A stretch of DNA of 64,000 nucleotides from an uncultured Bacteroidales bacterium (GTDB lineage: Bacteria > Bacteroidota > Bacteroidia > Bacteroidales > FEN-979): contig CAISJJ010000158.1 of NCBI GenBank assembly GCA_903885595.1, positions 3,984 through 67,983 on the forward strand, written 5' to 3'. Position 1 is the first letter of the stretch, and the number at the start of each line of letters is the position of its first letter. Both the position numbers and the translations under genes were made by a program. The notes under the pieces were generated by a model, which searched no databases, was not told the DNA's origin, and saw nothing but the letters and a program-made list of their open reading frames with translations. This document shows, piece by piece, positions 18,522 through 27,403 of this stretch.

Positions 18522-19655
18522 ATGAAAAAACTATCAATATTAATTCTGGCCATAGGTTTATTCAGCCTGTTTTCATGTAAAAAGGATGAAACCAAGGTTG
18601 TGTTATCCTATTTTACACAGGGCCAAATACTGACGCCTGCATCTGGTACAGCTTATATTCTTGTAAAGGAGAATAAGGATGTCCTCTTATTTACCTATAC
18701 CTGGGATCCGGCTGCCTATAATCTTACATCAGATGTTGTGAAGCCTACCTACACACTTGAAATGGATACAGCCGGTGGAGATTTTTCCAAAGCCAAATCG
18801 CTTATAACCACCCAGGATTATTCATTCCCTATAACAGAAGGAAGCATGAATGACATCATTCTTGGACCTTATAAGGGTGTGGCCGACCAGCTTGCTACCT
18901 TCCAGTTCAGGGTAAAGTCTTCTTTGTCGGAAAATAATCCCGCCACCAACAGCGTTTCTTCGGTTATTACACTTGACATAACTCCATATTCTGCGGTGGT
19001 GAATGTTGCTCCCATTTATATGCTTGGCGATGCAACCTCAGCCGGCTGGGTTAATACCGATGCACTGGAAATGACCTACCTTGGTGATGGCGGAAAATTT
19101 GCCGTCGTTGACCATTTGCTTGCTCCCGGAAAGTTTCTGAAATTTATCGCAAATCTGGGCGCCTGGGCTCCGCAATGGGGAACTGATGCCGGTGGCACAA
19201 GTGAAAGCGGTAATCTGGTGCTCAGGCCTACTGAAGCAGTTCCTGATCCTCCCGCTATTCCTGGTCCTGCAGTTGAAGGCGATTACAGGATCGTAGCTGA
19301 TACCGCTCTCCTTACTTATGTGGTTACATTGACATCGTCAGAACTTTACCTGGTTGGCGATGGTTGTGATGCCGGATGGACGCCTGGCAATGGTATTGCT
19401 TTCACCAAGGTTTCGCCGGGTATTTTCACCCTCACCACCACATTGAAGGCCGGTGGATTGAAATTCCTGGAAACTACTGCTGGCTGGGCTCCGCAATGGG
19501 GAACCGATGCTACTGGAACCAGCAATTTTGGTCCTCTTGTATACAGGCCAACTGAAAGTGTTCCCGATCCTGCCAATATTGTTTCACCGGGCGCGGGTAC
19601 ATACACCATTAACATTAACCTTGCCTCTTTGAAGTACGAGATACTTGCAAAATAA
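18522..19655 (+). CDS. SusE/SusF-like surface lipoprotein with duplicated carbohydrate-binding-like domain
   Basis: Lipobox LFSLFS-C-KKD. Third gene after susC/susD. Internal duplication GAWAPQWGTDAGGTSESGNLVLRPTEAVPDP / AGWAPQWGTDATGTSNFGPLVYRPTESVPDP. Confidence 0.75.
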   Translation: MKKLSILILAIGLFSLFSCKKDETKVVLSYFTQGQILTPASGTAYILVKENKDVLLFTYTWDPAAYNLTSDVVKPTYTLEMDTAGGDFSKAKSLITTQDYSFPITEGSMNDIILGPYKGVADQLATFQFRVKSSLSENNPATNSVSSVITLDITPYSAVVNVAPIYMLGDATSAGWVNTDALEMTYLGDGGKFAVVDHLLAPGKFLKFIANLGAWAPQWGTDAGGTSESGNLVLRPTEAVPDPPAIPGPAVEGDYRIVADTALLTYVVTLTSSELYLVGDGCDAGWTPGNGIAFTKVSPGIFTLTTTLKAGGLKFLETTAGWAPQWGTDATGTSNFGPLVYRPTESVPDPANIVSPGAGTYTININLASLKYEILAK

Positions 19656-19688
19656 TCCCACTGCGCGGATATCAAATTAATTTTATAA

Positions 19689-19733
19689 ACAGCGAAGAGG
19701 CTGTCCCGGAAGGGCGGCCTCTTCGCTGTTTGT
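19689..19733 (+). terminator. Hairpin terminator candidate after the SusE/F-like gene
   Basis: 13-bp perfect stem acagcgaagaggc / gcctcttcgctgt (19689-19701 and 19717-19729), followed by tttgt. The T-tract is short. Confidence 0.5.
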
Positions 19734-19843
19734 ATCTGGAGTGCGGGTGTGCAGGTCAGACAAACATCCCTGGATTCAATTAAATGATTAATCGCAATCT
19801 TACCAGAACCCTTTCTGCAGGAATGTACAATAAATGATCTCAT

Positions 19844-19876
19844 CCTCCATCTCCTTCTCCTTGGAGGAGATGGAGG
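19844..19876. repeat. Hairpin repeat (cctccatctcct ... aggagatggagg)
   Basis: 12-bp perfect inverted repeat at 19844-19855 and 19865-19876. Confidence 0.7.
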
Positions 19877-19941
19877 GACGTTGTCAAATATGTTCAGGAA
19901 GGGGGTTGGGGTCCTGATGAAACCTCCACCACAAGTTCAGT

Positions 19942-20057
19942 GCGCCGTAGGTGCGCAATGCATTTTGGATTTGATTCTCCAGAGAATAATTTCGCACCTA
20001 CGGCGCGAAATGCTCCTGAACCTCATCGTTCTAAACATATTCCGCTCCTACGGAGCG
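19942..20057. repeat. Three copies of a ~19-bp mini-hairpin unit (YGCKCCGTAGGWGCGSAAT) in + - - orientation
   Basis: gcgccgtaggtgcgc at 19942-19956. Its exact reverse complement cgcacctacggcgc at 19993-20006. The related ccgctcctacggagcg at 20042-20057. Each can fold as a 5-6-bp stem with a GTA/TAC triloop. Confidence 0.75.
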
Positions 20058-20155
20058 TATGGAAGTATATCTCTGACTGTTAACTTCACTGGTATAACTG
20101 AGCTCAATCAAATTGGTAATTGGTCATTCGAAAACCCTTACCTTCCTGCCATGAC

Positions 20156-21511
20156 CTATTCCGATTCGTACACCAGATATTGCCACGGTGAAAGGCTTAT
20201 TTTATCTCCGGCTTTCAATTCCTTAAGCTGCCCGGTAAAGAGTTCCTTGTATTTCCCTTTAAAATCGCTTCCTTTCAATTGGGTCTTCTGCTCGTTTTCC
20301 GACAAATTAAGTACGACAAATAATTGACGTTTATCCTTTTTACGCAGGAAAGCATAAACCGTTTTGTCGTTACCTGTGGCCACTTTGATGAACTGTCCGC
20401 CACTATCTCCACTGGCAATCAGGTCGTTCTTCTGCTTAAGTTGCATCAGCGAAGCATAAAATAATTCGAGCGGGTAGTTCCCCCACTGGATGGTATCTTT
20501 ATCGAAGAAGCGCAGACGCTTGTTCATGGCCGATTCCTGCCCGCTATAAACCAGCGGTATTCCGGGAAAGGTAAAGGTGAGTACGGTAAAAGTGCGGGCT
20601 CCGGAACCCATCCGTTCGTATTCGGTTCCATTCCATGAATTTTCATCGTGATTCGAGGTAAAGCGCATGCGGAATGCATCGGCCGGATACAGGCTTTTCT
20701 CAGAGGCAAACAGGGAGTCGATCTTTTCTGCACTTTTCTTTTTTTGCGCAATCTGATTCATCAGGTGAAACAATCCCCAGGAATAGGTGGCATCAAAAGC
20801 GGTATCGTGCATCATTGGTTTCTCTTCCTCCGCAAGCATAAATAATGGTTTTATTTTCCTGATCTCAGGAATGGCACGGTTCCAGAAATCAATGGGCACC
20901 ATGCCGGCCACATCGCATCTATAGCCATCGATATCTGCTTCCCTGATCCAATATGCAAGAACTTCGGTCATATACTCCCGTAATCCGGGCTGACTGTAAT
21001 CGAGCGCTGCTACATCGGTCCAGTCGGCAACCGGTGCAATGATATTGCCGGTAGAATCCTTTTTATACCACTCCGGATGCTTTTTTATGAGCGGATTATC
21101 CCATGAGGTGTGGTTAGCAACCCAGTCAACAATCACCTTCATCCCCAGCTCATGCGCCTTCTTTACCAAATCGATGAAATCCTTCTTTGTACCGTATTCA
21201 GGGTTTATGCCATAATAATCGCTTACCGAATAATAACTTCCAAGGCTTCCCTTCCTGTTCTTCTCTCCTAGCGGATTGATGGGCATCAGCCAGAGTATGT
21301 CAACCCCCATCTTTTGCAGCCGCGGCAACTCCAGTTCAAAAGCTTTAAAAGTTCCCTGCGGCGTGTATTGCCTGATATTTACTTCATAAATAGTCGCATT
21401 GCGGCTCCAGCCAACGTGGGGAGAGGGACCCGATTTTTCAGGTTCAGGCTTTGGTTTGCAGGCCAATGTTGCAATCAGCGCCCCGGTTAAAATAAGTGTA
21501 AGTTTTTTCAT
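20156..21511 (-). CDS. GH13 alpha-amylase, lipoprotein
   Basis: 451 aa with lipobox LIATLA-C-KPK. GH13 regions KVIVDWVANHTS, DGYRCDVAGMVP, FMLAEEE, FTSNHDENSWNG. Confidence 0.9.
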   Translation of the reverse strand: MKKLTLILTGALIATLACKPKPEPEKSGPSPHVGWSRNATIYEVNIRQYTPQGTFKAFELELPRLQKMGVDILWLMPINPLGEKNRKGSLGSYYSVSDYYGINPEYGTKKDFIDLVKKAHELGMKVIVDWVANHTSWDNPLIKKHPEWYKKDSTGNIIAPVADWTDVAALDYSQPGLREYMTEVLAYWIREADIDGYRCDVAGMVPIDFWNRAIPEIRKIKPLFMLAEEEKPMMHDTAFDATYSWGLFHLMNQIAQKKKSAEKIDSLFASEKSLYPADAFRMRFTSNHDENSWNGTEYERMGSGARTFTVLTFTFPGIPLVYSGQESAMNKRLRFFDKDTIQWGNYPLELFYASLMQLKQKNDLIASGDSGGQFIKVATGNDKTVYAFLRKKDKRQLFVVLNLSENEQKTQLKGSDFKGKYKELFTGQLKELKAGDKISLSPWQYLVYESE

Positions 21512-21663
21512 GAGTTAATAATTATTATTGATTTAGCATATTCATTCATTTATTTTTTAAAAAGTGGTCAAATGGAATATTTATAAATTAACATATTGCC
21601 TGATCACAACTGTTCCAAAAGAAGTTAAACAACCTGATGTTGTTACTCCGGGTCTGTTTTCAT

Positions 21664-21915
21664 CGTAAATGACCAATGCCCCTGCTATTCCCTTGGTTTA
21701 AGGGGAGGGGCCTTTACCAGAACAGGAGGTGCCTTTTTCAAGCCACGAATGAATGGCAATTGTTAAAATCTATTATAAAACAGTCTCCGGCAAAATCGAA
21801 TGAAATCATTACCAAACCTTCGGCCTCCCCTTATAGAGTCAGATCGGGGAGGGGGTCCATTAAAACCGGCACGATTTCAATTAGTCAATCAGTCAATTAG
21901 TCAATCAGTCGATTC
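21664..21915. repeat. Intergenic cluster: family-C-like hairpin (21664-21718), hairpin cctcccc...ggggagg (21822-21856) and a 16-bp tandem word (tagtcaatcagtcaat x2, 21881-21915)
   Basis: Direct reading of the 410-bp spacer between two GH13 genes. Confidence 0.65.
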
Positions 21916-21920
21916 TACAG

Positions 21921-24305
21921 TTACTTCGTTAAAATTTCAAAAGAATTTCCCTGAAGTTCAATGCTTACCTTCCCTTTCTCCAAAATGAATTTATTGCCGC
22001 AGAGAGCCGCGAATGTGGCTGCTGCATAACGATCGGGCAACTCGAATTCTATTTTTTTCGATGATTTGTCTTTGTTGAAAATAACAACAACAGCTTTATC
22101 AAAGTATGACCTGAGATAAACGTAAACTTTATCACTGACTTTCAAGGTGGTAAAATCCCCATATACCAATGCAAGGTTCGAATTTCTCAAATGAGCCAGT
22201 TCTGAGGTGGTTTTTCTGAGAAATTCCTCATGTTTATTCAGGCTGTCAAACTTCATCATACGGCGGTTGTCAGGATCATTGGCGCCTGGCATGCCATATT
22301 CATCGCCATAATAAATGACGGGAATCCCTGGGATTGTCATATTAAACGCCTGAAGAGATGCCAGTTTCCGGTAGCCGACAGTGTCTTTAACCTGGATATC
22401 ACGTTTCCAGCCAGCATCATGGTCGTCTTCATTATAGCTGAGCGCCCCGCTTGCAAATGAGATAAACCTCGACATATCCTGGTTTCCGGTGATGTTGCCC
22501 ATCTGGTGATGTTCCCCGAAATAGTTGAAGGTTTGCTGCAGTGAATAATTCAATTCCCTGAATGAAACATTGTCCATGGAAAATGCTGTTTTGATATCCC
22601 AGTAAAGGTTAAAATCAAACTGGGCATCCAGCATGCCGGGATTGATATAGCTGCCAATCAGCTCACGGCTGCCAAACGTTTCACCAATCTGGAAAACATC
22701 CCTGTTTTCCGGGATGATGACCTCCTTCGTGAGTTTTTGCGTCAGGGTGCGCCAGTAATTCTCGGGAACGTGTTTGGCTGCATCATGCCTGATTCCGTCG
22801 AACTTATATTCCTTTATCCAAAATGCAGCAGAATCGGAAACCAGATTGGCTACCTCAGGTTTCGTCAAGTCCAGCGTCGGAAGGAATATGTCAAACCAGG
22901 TTGTGAGTCGTTGCTCATCCCAAAGCCTCAGGTTTTTTCTTTTGCCCGGGAGATCGACGTTGGTGATCCAGTCGGGATGATCCTTAAGTAAAGCATACTC
23001 CTGGTGAACGTGGTGCGAAACAAAATCAAGAACGACATTGATATTTTTGCCGTGGGCTTCATTAACCAGTCTGTGCATCTCTTCCGGTGTGCCAAAGCGG
23101 GTGTCAACGGTTGAAAGCGTAATGGGCCAGTAGCCATGATACCCTGAAAACTTACGATGGGGCGGAAAGAACTCGTTGTAACCAATTAGGGGGTTTTGTG
23201 TGACTGGCGAGATCCACAAGGTGTTGACGCCAAGATTTGTGAAATACCCATCTTCAATCATTCTCGTAATCCCCGCCAGATCGCCTCCCATATAATTTAC
23301 TTTGGGATCGATCTCCGGATCCTTAACAGGGGCATCATTGCCGGGGTTGCCGTTTTTAAAACGATCTACCATCATGAAATACATAACCATCGCTTCACGA
23401 TCGGAGCGGGTCAGATTTTTGGGTTCATCAAGGATTTTTCCATCCCGCAATGGTACAAGAATCTCATTTGAAATGCCATTCCTGTTATACGCCCAGACTC
23501 TGATAAAACTACGTTCAAATTCTCTGGCTTTATGCGGAATGTCAATAATGATACCCGTACTGTCCTTTTTCCAGAATTTCTGATCCAGCAGATAATTTTG
23601 CCAGAATACGAAAATGGAATCGGCGGTGTTTTTCATACCTATCACCATTTGTTTCTTATCAGCCTTGTCGGTGAACAGGGTAGGGAACCCCGACTGATTC
23701 AGATTTCCAATGGTCAGAAGCGAATTATAGCCTCCGTTGTTATTGCTGAGCGAATCAGGATTATTCGGATCATTTTTTTCTTTACCGTCAAGGATCAGCT
23801 TGTACTGGTATTTACCGGGGAATAGCTGAAAATCGATATGCCATTTCCCATCTTTTTCAAAAAGATAACCGGCCACTGCATTCCACTCATTCATCTGACC
23901 CTTGATCTGGACACGCTTGTACTTTTTGTTTTTCGGATCAAAGGTGAAACGGAATTTTACTTTGGTCGATTTCTCCAGCAAAAGTGAATATGCGAATCCC
24001 TTTGACCATAGTTTAAGTACCGATAGCCTGGGGAAGTCCCTTTCAACCGGCCTGATCACCATTTTTACCGAATCGGATGAAATCACGGCATTGAGTGATG
24101 GATCAATTTCCAATGAATCGATCTGGTTCGGTCTCAGCAGATAATCGGCGAGCCCGATCACGGTCGAATCGGTGTTGATGAGGACCGGAGCAGCCAGTTT
24201 CACCATCTGCGGATCTTTGGATACTGGCAGGTCTTCGTTCGACGAACAGCCCGACAGGCATACTGCCATGACTGCAGCAATGATTGGCAAAAGTTTGATT
24301 TTCAT
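21921..24305 (-). CDS. Large GH13 lipoprotein with N-terminal E-set/CBM48-like domains (SusG/pullulanase-like)
   Basis: 794 aa with lipobox AVCLSG-C-SSN. CBM-like segment FRFTFDPKNKKYKRVQIKGQMNEWN...YQYKLILDG. GH13 regions VDRFKNGNPGND, NVVLDFVSHHV, DGIRHDAAKHV, FQIGETFG, GNQDMSRF. Confidence 0.85.
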   Translation of the reverse strand: MKIKLLPIIAAVMAVCLSGCSSNEDLPVSKDPQMVKLAAPVLINTDSTVIGLADYLLRPNQIDSLEIDPSLNAVISSDSVKMVIRPVERDFPRLSVLKLWSKGFAYSLLLEKSTKVKFRFTFDPKNKKYKRVQIKGQMNEWNAVAGYLFEKDGKWHIDFQLFPGKYQYKLILDGKEKNDPNNPDSLSNNNGGYNSLLTIGNLNQSGFPTLFTDKADKKQMVIGMKNTADSIFVFWQNYLLDQKFWKKDSTGIIIDIPHKAREFERSFIRVWAYNRNGISNEILVPLRDGKILDEPKNLTRSDREAMVMYFMMVDRFKNGNPGNDAPVKDPEIDPKVNYMGGDLAGITRMIEDGYFTNLGVNTLWISPVTQNPLIGYNEFFPPHRKFSGYHGYWPITLSTVDTRFGTPEEMHRLVNEAHGKNINVVLDFVSHHVHQEYALLKDHPDWITNVDLPGKRKNLRLWDEQRLTTWFDIFLPTLDLTKPEVANLVSDSAAFWIKEYKFDGIRHDAAKHVPENYWRTLTQKLTKEVIIPENRDVFQIGETFGSRELIGSYINPGMLDAQFDFNLYWDIKTAFSMDNVSFRELNYSLQQTFNYFGEHHQMGNITGNQDMSRFISFASGALSYNEDDHDAGWKRDIQVKDTVGYRKLASLQAFNMTIPGIPVIYYGDEYGMPGANDPDNRRMMKFDSLNKHEEFLRKTTSELAHLRNSNLALVYGDFTTLKVSDKVYVYLRSYFDKAVVVIFNKDKSSKKIEFELPDRYAAATFAALCGNKFILEKGKVSIELQGNSFEILTK

Positions 24306-24415
24306 ATCTCTGGGTTTTGATGTCGTGATAAGGTAGATCAGTGTTGTTCTTTAAAAAACCACAATTGGCATCAGTATTTTCAATAGCGCCCTGCCGTACC
24401 TGATTTGGAAAAGAT

Positions 24416-25846
24416 TCATAATGCATGAATTATCATGCTGTCTTTGACCGTTTTACCTTGCTTTAATGTTAATATGTATTGACCGGCTGGTTTTTTATGA
24501 TAATATTCTAATATATTCTCTGATATGGAAACTGATCCTGAAAAAAGGGTTTCCACATTTTTACCCATCAGATCAACAAGTGTCAATTCTATTTCGGATC
24601 CTACCGGCACAGAAAATGGGATTACCGTGTAGCCACGAAACGGATTGGGCCGGTTTTGTTCCAGCTTCATCCGGGGATTCTCTGGTGTATCATTTAATCC
24701 GCTTGACCACGGGAAAAACTGCATCAGGGGCAATTTAAGGTGTCCTTTCCAGTTTCCCCAGCTATGTCCCTCATGCCATTCCCGGTATTGGAACGGGTAG
24801 TCTTTTGCCTGCAGGATATCCCTGAATCCGTTTACCATCGGAATCAGTAAGGGAATATCATAGGTGCCGATATCGATGTACAATTCCAGGTTCAATTTTG
24901 GCCCGGTTGAAAATGTCGAACTGATCGTGGTTTGAATGTTGCTTGACTGGGCAGCAATCTTTCCGAAAATTTCAGGATGTTTCATCCCGATGTAAAGGGC
25001 AATATTACCCCCGTTTGAGGCTCCGGCCATGGCCCGTTTCGAAGGATCGGTGCTTGTTCTGTACTTTGCATCAATCACAGGCATCAACTCCTGGATTATG
25101 AAATCAGTGAAATTATCTATTTTACTCCCGGCATATTCCTCGGTACGATCAACCGGGGGAACGAACACGCCGATTAAAGGGAGGATGAGGTGGTTTGCGA
25201 TCAGGTAGTCCAGGATGTTGTTCCCATTGCAAAGGCTGAGGTATTCGAGACCGTCGTGAAAAAGAACGACCGGATATGATAAGTTGCCATCAGGATATCC
25301 TGGCGGCAGATAAACGCGCACATGGCGGCTGTTTCCAAGGTGAGAACTCTGGAAAGTGGTGTCCTTGATGATGCCATGCGGAAGATTGCTGTAATAGCTG
25401 ATTTCAGGTGGTACCTGGTATCCGGGCATTCGCAGTTCGGAATTCGGACCGTAACCACCTGCACAGGTGAACGGGTTTCTGGGGTCAAGAATCCAGTTGG
25501 CGCCGTTAATAACCAGTTTGTAGTCAAGGCGTGCATCGGCTTCATAGGAGGTGGAATAATACCAGAAATTGCATCCGCTGACATGGGTCAGATTCCTGTC
25601 GGGATTCCATCCTGTTGCATCACCTGCCATCGCAACGGATTGGGCAGCCGCACTGTAAATAAAATGAACCAGCGTGTCGTTCTCAGTATACGGAAATGAA
25701 TGTGTGGCGTTCAAAAAGCTATCGGCAACAGCCTGGCGTTGGGTTTCAGGAAGTGCATTCAAATGGTTGATGAATTGTTCAAATGATTGTCCGTTCATCT
25801 GAAAACCCTCAAGAATTATAAGAAATGTGATAAACGCCTTGTTCAT
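24416..25846 (-). CDS. Esterase with N-terminal E-set/CBM48-like domain and T9SS C-terminal sorting domain
   Basis: 476 aa. N-domain VAMAGDATGWNPDRN...YKLVINGANWILDPRNP. Esterase core VRVYLPPGY...YPVVLFHDG with nucleophile GASNGG and His region WHEGHSWGNW. CTD LEQNRPNPFRGYTVIPFSV...GQYILTL. Confidence 0.8.
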   Translation of the reverse strand: MNKAFITFLIILEGFQMNGQSFEQFINHLNALPETQRQAVADSFLNATHSFPYTENDTLVHFIYSAAAQSVAMAGDATGWNPDRNLTHVSGCNFWYYSTSYEADARLDYKLVINGANWILDPRNPFTCAGGYGPNSELRMPGYQVPPEISYYSNLPHGIIKDTTFQSSHLGNSRHVRVYLPPGYPDGNLSYPVVLFHDGLEYLSLCNGNNILDYLIANHLILPLIGVFVPPVDRTEEYAGSKIDNFTDFIIQELMPVIDAKYRTSTDPSKRAMAGASNGGNIALYIGMKHPEIFGKIAAQSSNIQTTISSTFSTGPKLNLELYIDIGTYDIPLLIPMVNGFRDILQAKDYPFQYREWHEGHSWGNWKGHLKLPLMQFFPWSSGLNDTPENPRMKLEQNRPNPFRGYTVIPFSVPVGSEIELTLVDLMGKNVETLFSGSVSISENILEYYHKKPAGQYILTLKQGKTVKDSMIIHAL

Positions 25847-25909
25847 TTGTCAATGATTAGTTAAAAGCTTATCTCCTTTGATTAGGTAACAGTAATTGCA
25901 CCCCTTGAA

Positions 25910-27199
25910 TTATAAAGATTTATGTTTTTCAGAAACAAATAACCAGAGCGCAGCAGAGATGGACAAGGACACTCCGCTGATAATGAACACAATACCTTTA
26001 TCGGTTGAATTCTTGATAAAGGTGCCAACCACCGAACTCGCGATGAGTTGGGGCAATACTACCGAAAGGTTGAAAATGCCCATGAAAAATCCCATCCTTC
26101 CCTTATCCACCTTTTCAGACATGATCGCGAAAGGCAGGCTCACGACTGCGGCCCATCCAAAGGTGAGGATGCACATCATGGCATAAAGCATAAAAGGGCT
26201 CGAGGCCAGCATCACGATGCCGAAATACCCCAGTGCCATGATCCCCACCATGAGCGATTGCGTTCTCACACGTCCGAGCTTTTTGCTCAATGGTTCCAGC
26301 AGGAATGCCGGCCAGATGGAACCAACCGCATTGAGAATGAAGAACGACCACCCGATCATCTGCCCGAGACGGGCATTGCGGTCGGCCACCGACATGTCGG
26401 GCATGGCCGGTAGTTTCTGTTCCAGGAAGGCGAAAATGTAAACGAACATGGTTTGAATGCCCAGCCAGGAAAACCCATGGGCAACGTAGAGTTTAAACAA
26501 CTCACCCCACTGGGTAGGAGATTTTTCAGCAGGCGTGCCATGAACTGATTTTTTTTTGCCTTCATCCTCTTTTGCTGAGGAAGCCAGCACCCGCGGTTCT
26601 TCAATGAACAGCAGCGGACCGATTGAGAATATCAATACGATTATAACCCCTGCATAGATCAGGAAATAGTTACCGATGAGTGCGCCCATGAGATAGGCTC
26701 CGCTGCCGAAGAGGTTTGAAATGGATTGCATCCAGGTATACCCCTTGGTGCGAGGCTGGCCATCGGGCGTTACATCGGCAATGATCGACCGGGTAGGATT
26801 GAAACTGATATTAATGGAGAGGTCGAGTGTAAGCGCAACCGTGATGGCTACTGCCATGATGCTGGCAATGCCAAAGAAATTACTGATCTTATCTATGTTG
26901 GGCAAGGCAAAGATCATCAGTGCCGCTAAAATTCCGCCAATGATGATGAACGGTTTGCGCCTTCCTCCCCAGAACCATACCTTATCGCTGATAAGGCCGA
27001 TTATAGGCTGGCCCAGGATACCTGCAATAGGCCCGGCGGCCCAAACAATCCCGATCTGATCTATCTCCAGGTTGTATTTTGTCCGTAAAATCCAGCTCAA
27101 TACAGCTATCTGGATCGACAGGGCAAAACCCATGGCTGTACTCGGAAGGCCGAGAATAATGTAAAAAAAGTTGCTGAGACGCTTTTGGATTGCTAACAT
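25910..27199 (-). CDS. MFS sugar:cation symporter (SLC45/GPH-like), paralog 1
   Basis: 429 aa with about 12 TM segments. Motif ISDKVWFWGGRRKPFIIIGGI. Paralogous to 31511..32833. Confidence 0.85.
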   Translation of the reverse strand: MLAIQKRLSNFFYIILGLPSTAMGFALSIQIAVLSWILRTKYNLEIDQIGIVWAAGPIAGILGQPIIGLISDKVWFWGGRRKPFIIIGGILAALMIFALPNIDKISNFFGIASIMAVAITVALTLDLSINISFNPTRSIIADVTPDGQPRTKGYTWMQSISNLFGSGAYLMGALIGNYFLIYAGVIIVLIFSIGPLLFIEEPRVLASSAKEDEGKKKSVHGTPAEKSPTQWGELFKLYVAHGFSWLGIQTMFVYIFAFLEQKLPAMPDMSVADRNARLGQMIGWSFFILNAVGSIWPAFLLEPLSKKLGRVRTQSLMVGIMALGYFGIVMLASSPFMLYAMMCILTFGWAAVVSLPFAIMSEKVDKGRMGFFMGIFNLSVVLPQLIASSVVGTFIKNSTDKGIVFIISGVSLSISAALWLFVSEKHKSL

Positions 27200-27207
27200 G
27201 ATTTTTA

Positions 27208-27402
27208 ATTTACGATTTACGATTTACGATTTTTCACCATTTCACCAGCTTACTAACTTGCCAGCTTACCAACTTGCCAGCTTACTAACTTGCCAACTTA
27301 CCAGTTTGCCAGCTTGCCAACTTACCAACTTGCCAGCTTACCAACTTGCCAGCTTACCAGTTTGCCAGCTTGCCAACTTACCAACTTGCCACCTTGCCAG
27401 CT
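27208..27402. repeat. Compound tandem array filling the whole intergenic spacer: (tacgatt)x3, (tttcacca)x2, then about 19 copies of an 8-mer NcttRcca
   Basis: Direct reading: tacgatt at 27211-27231, tttcacca at 27232-27247, and 8-mers from 27248 to about 27400, with a higher-order unit of about 56 bp repeated twice. The array ends at the stop codon of the upstream GH13 gene (27404-27406). Confidence 0.9.
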
Positions 27403-27403
27403 T

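Noticed and set aside
19881-20327. ORFs translated across repeats or spacers (19881..20327, 11808..12081, 13375..13681, 21676..21988, 27171..27503, 9731..9949, 12219..12458, 6770..6961)
   Set aside because: Their sequences are read-throughs of hairpins, word arrays or gene 3' ends on the wrong strand, with no signal of real coding.
27208-27402. Possible CRISPR array or sigma-54 promoter in the TGGCA-containing octamer array
   Set aside because: The units are 7-8 bp and contiguous, with no unique spacers, and no cas genes are present, so this is not a CRISPR array. On the minus strand TGGCAAGTTGGTAAGC places GG and GC 13 nt apart rather than the 12 nt of the TGGCAC-N5-TTGC consensus, and the motif simply reiterates, so this is not a convincing sigma-54 promoter.
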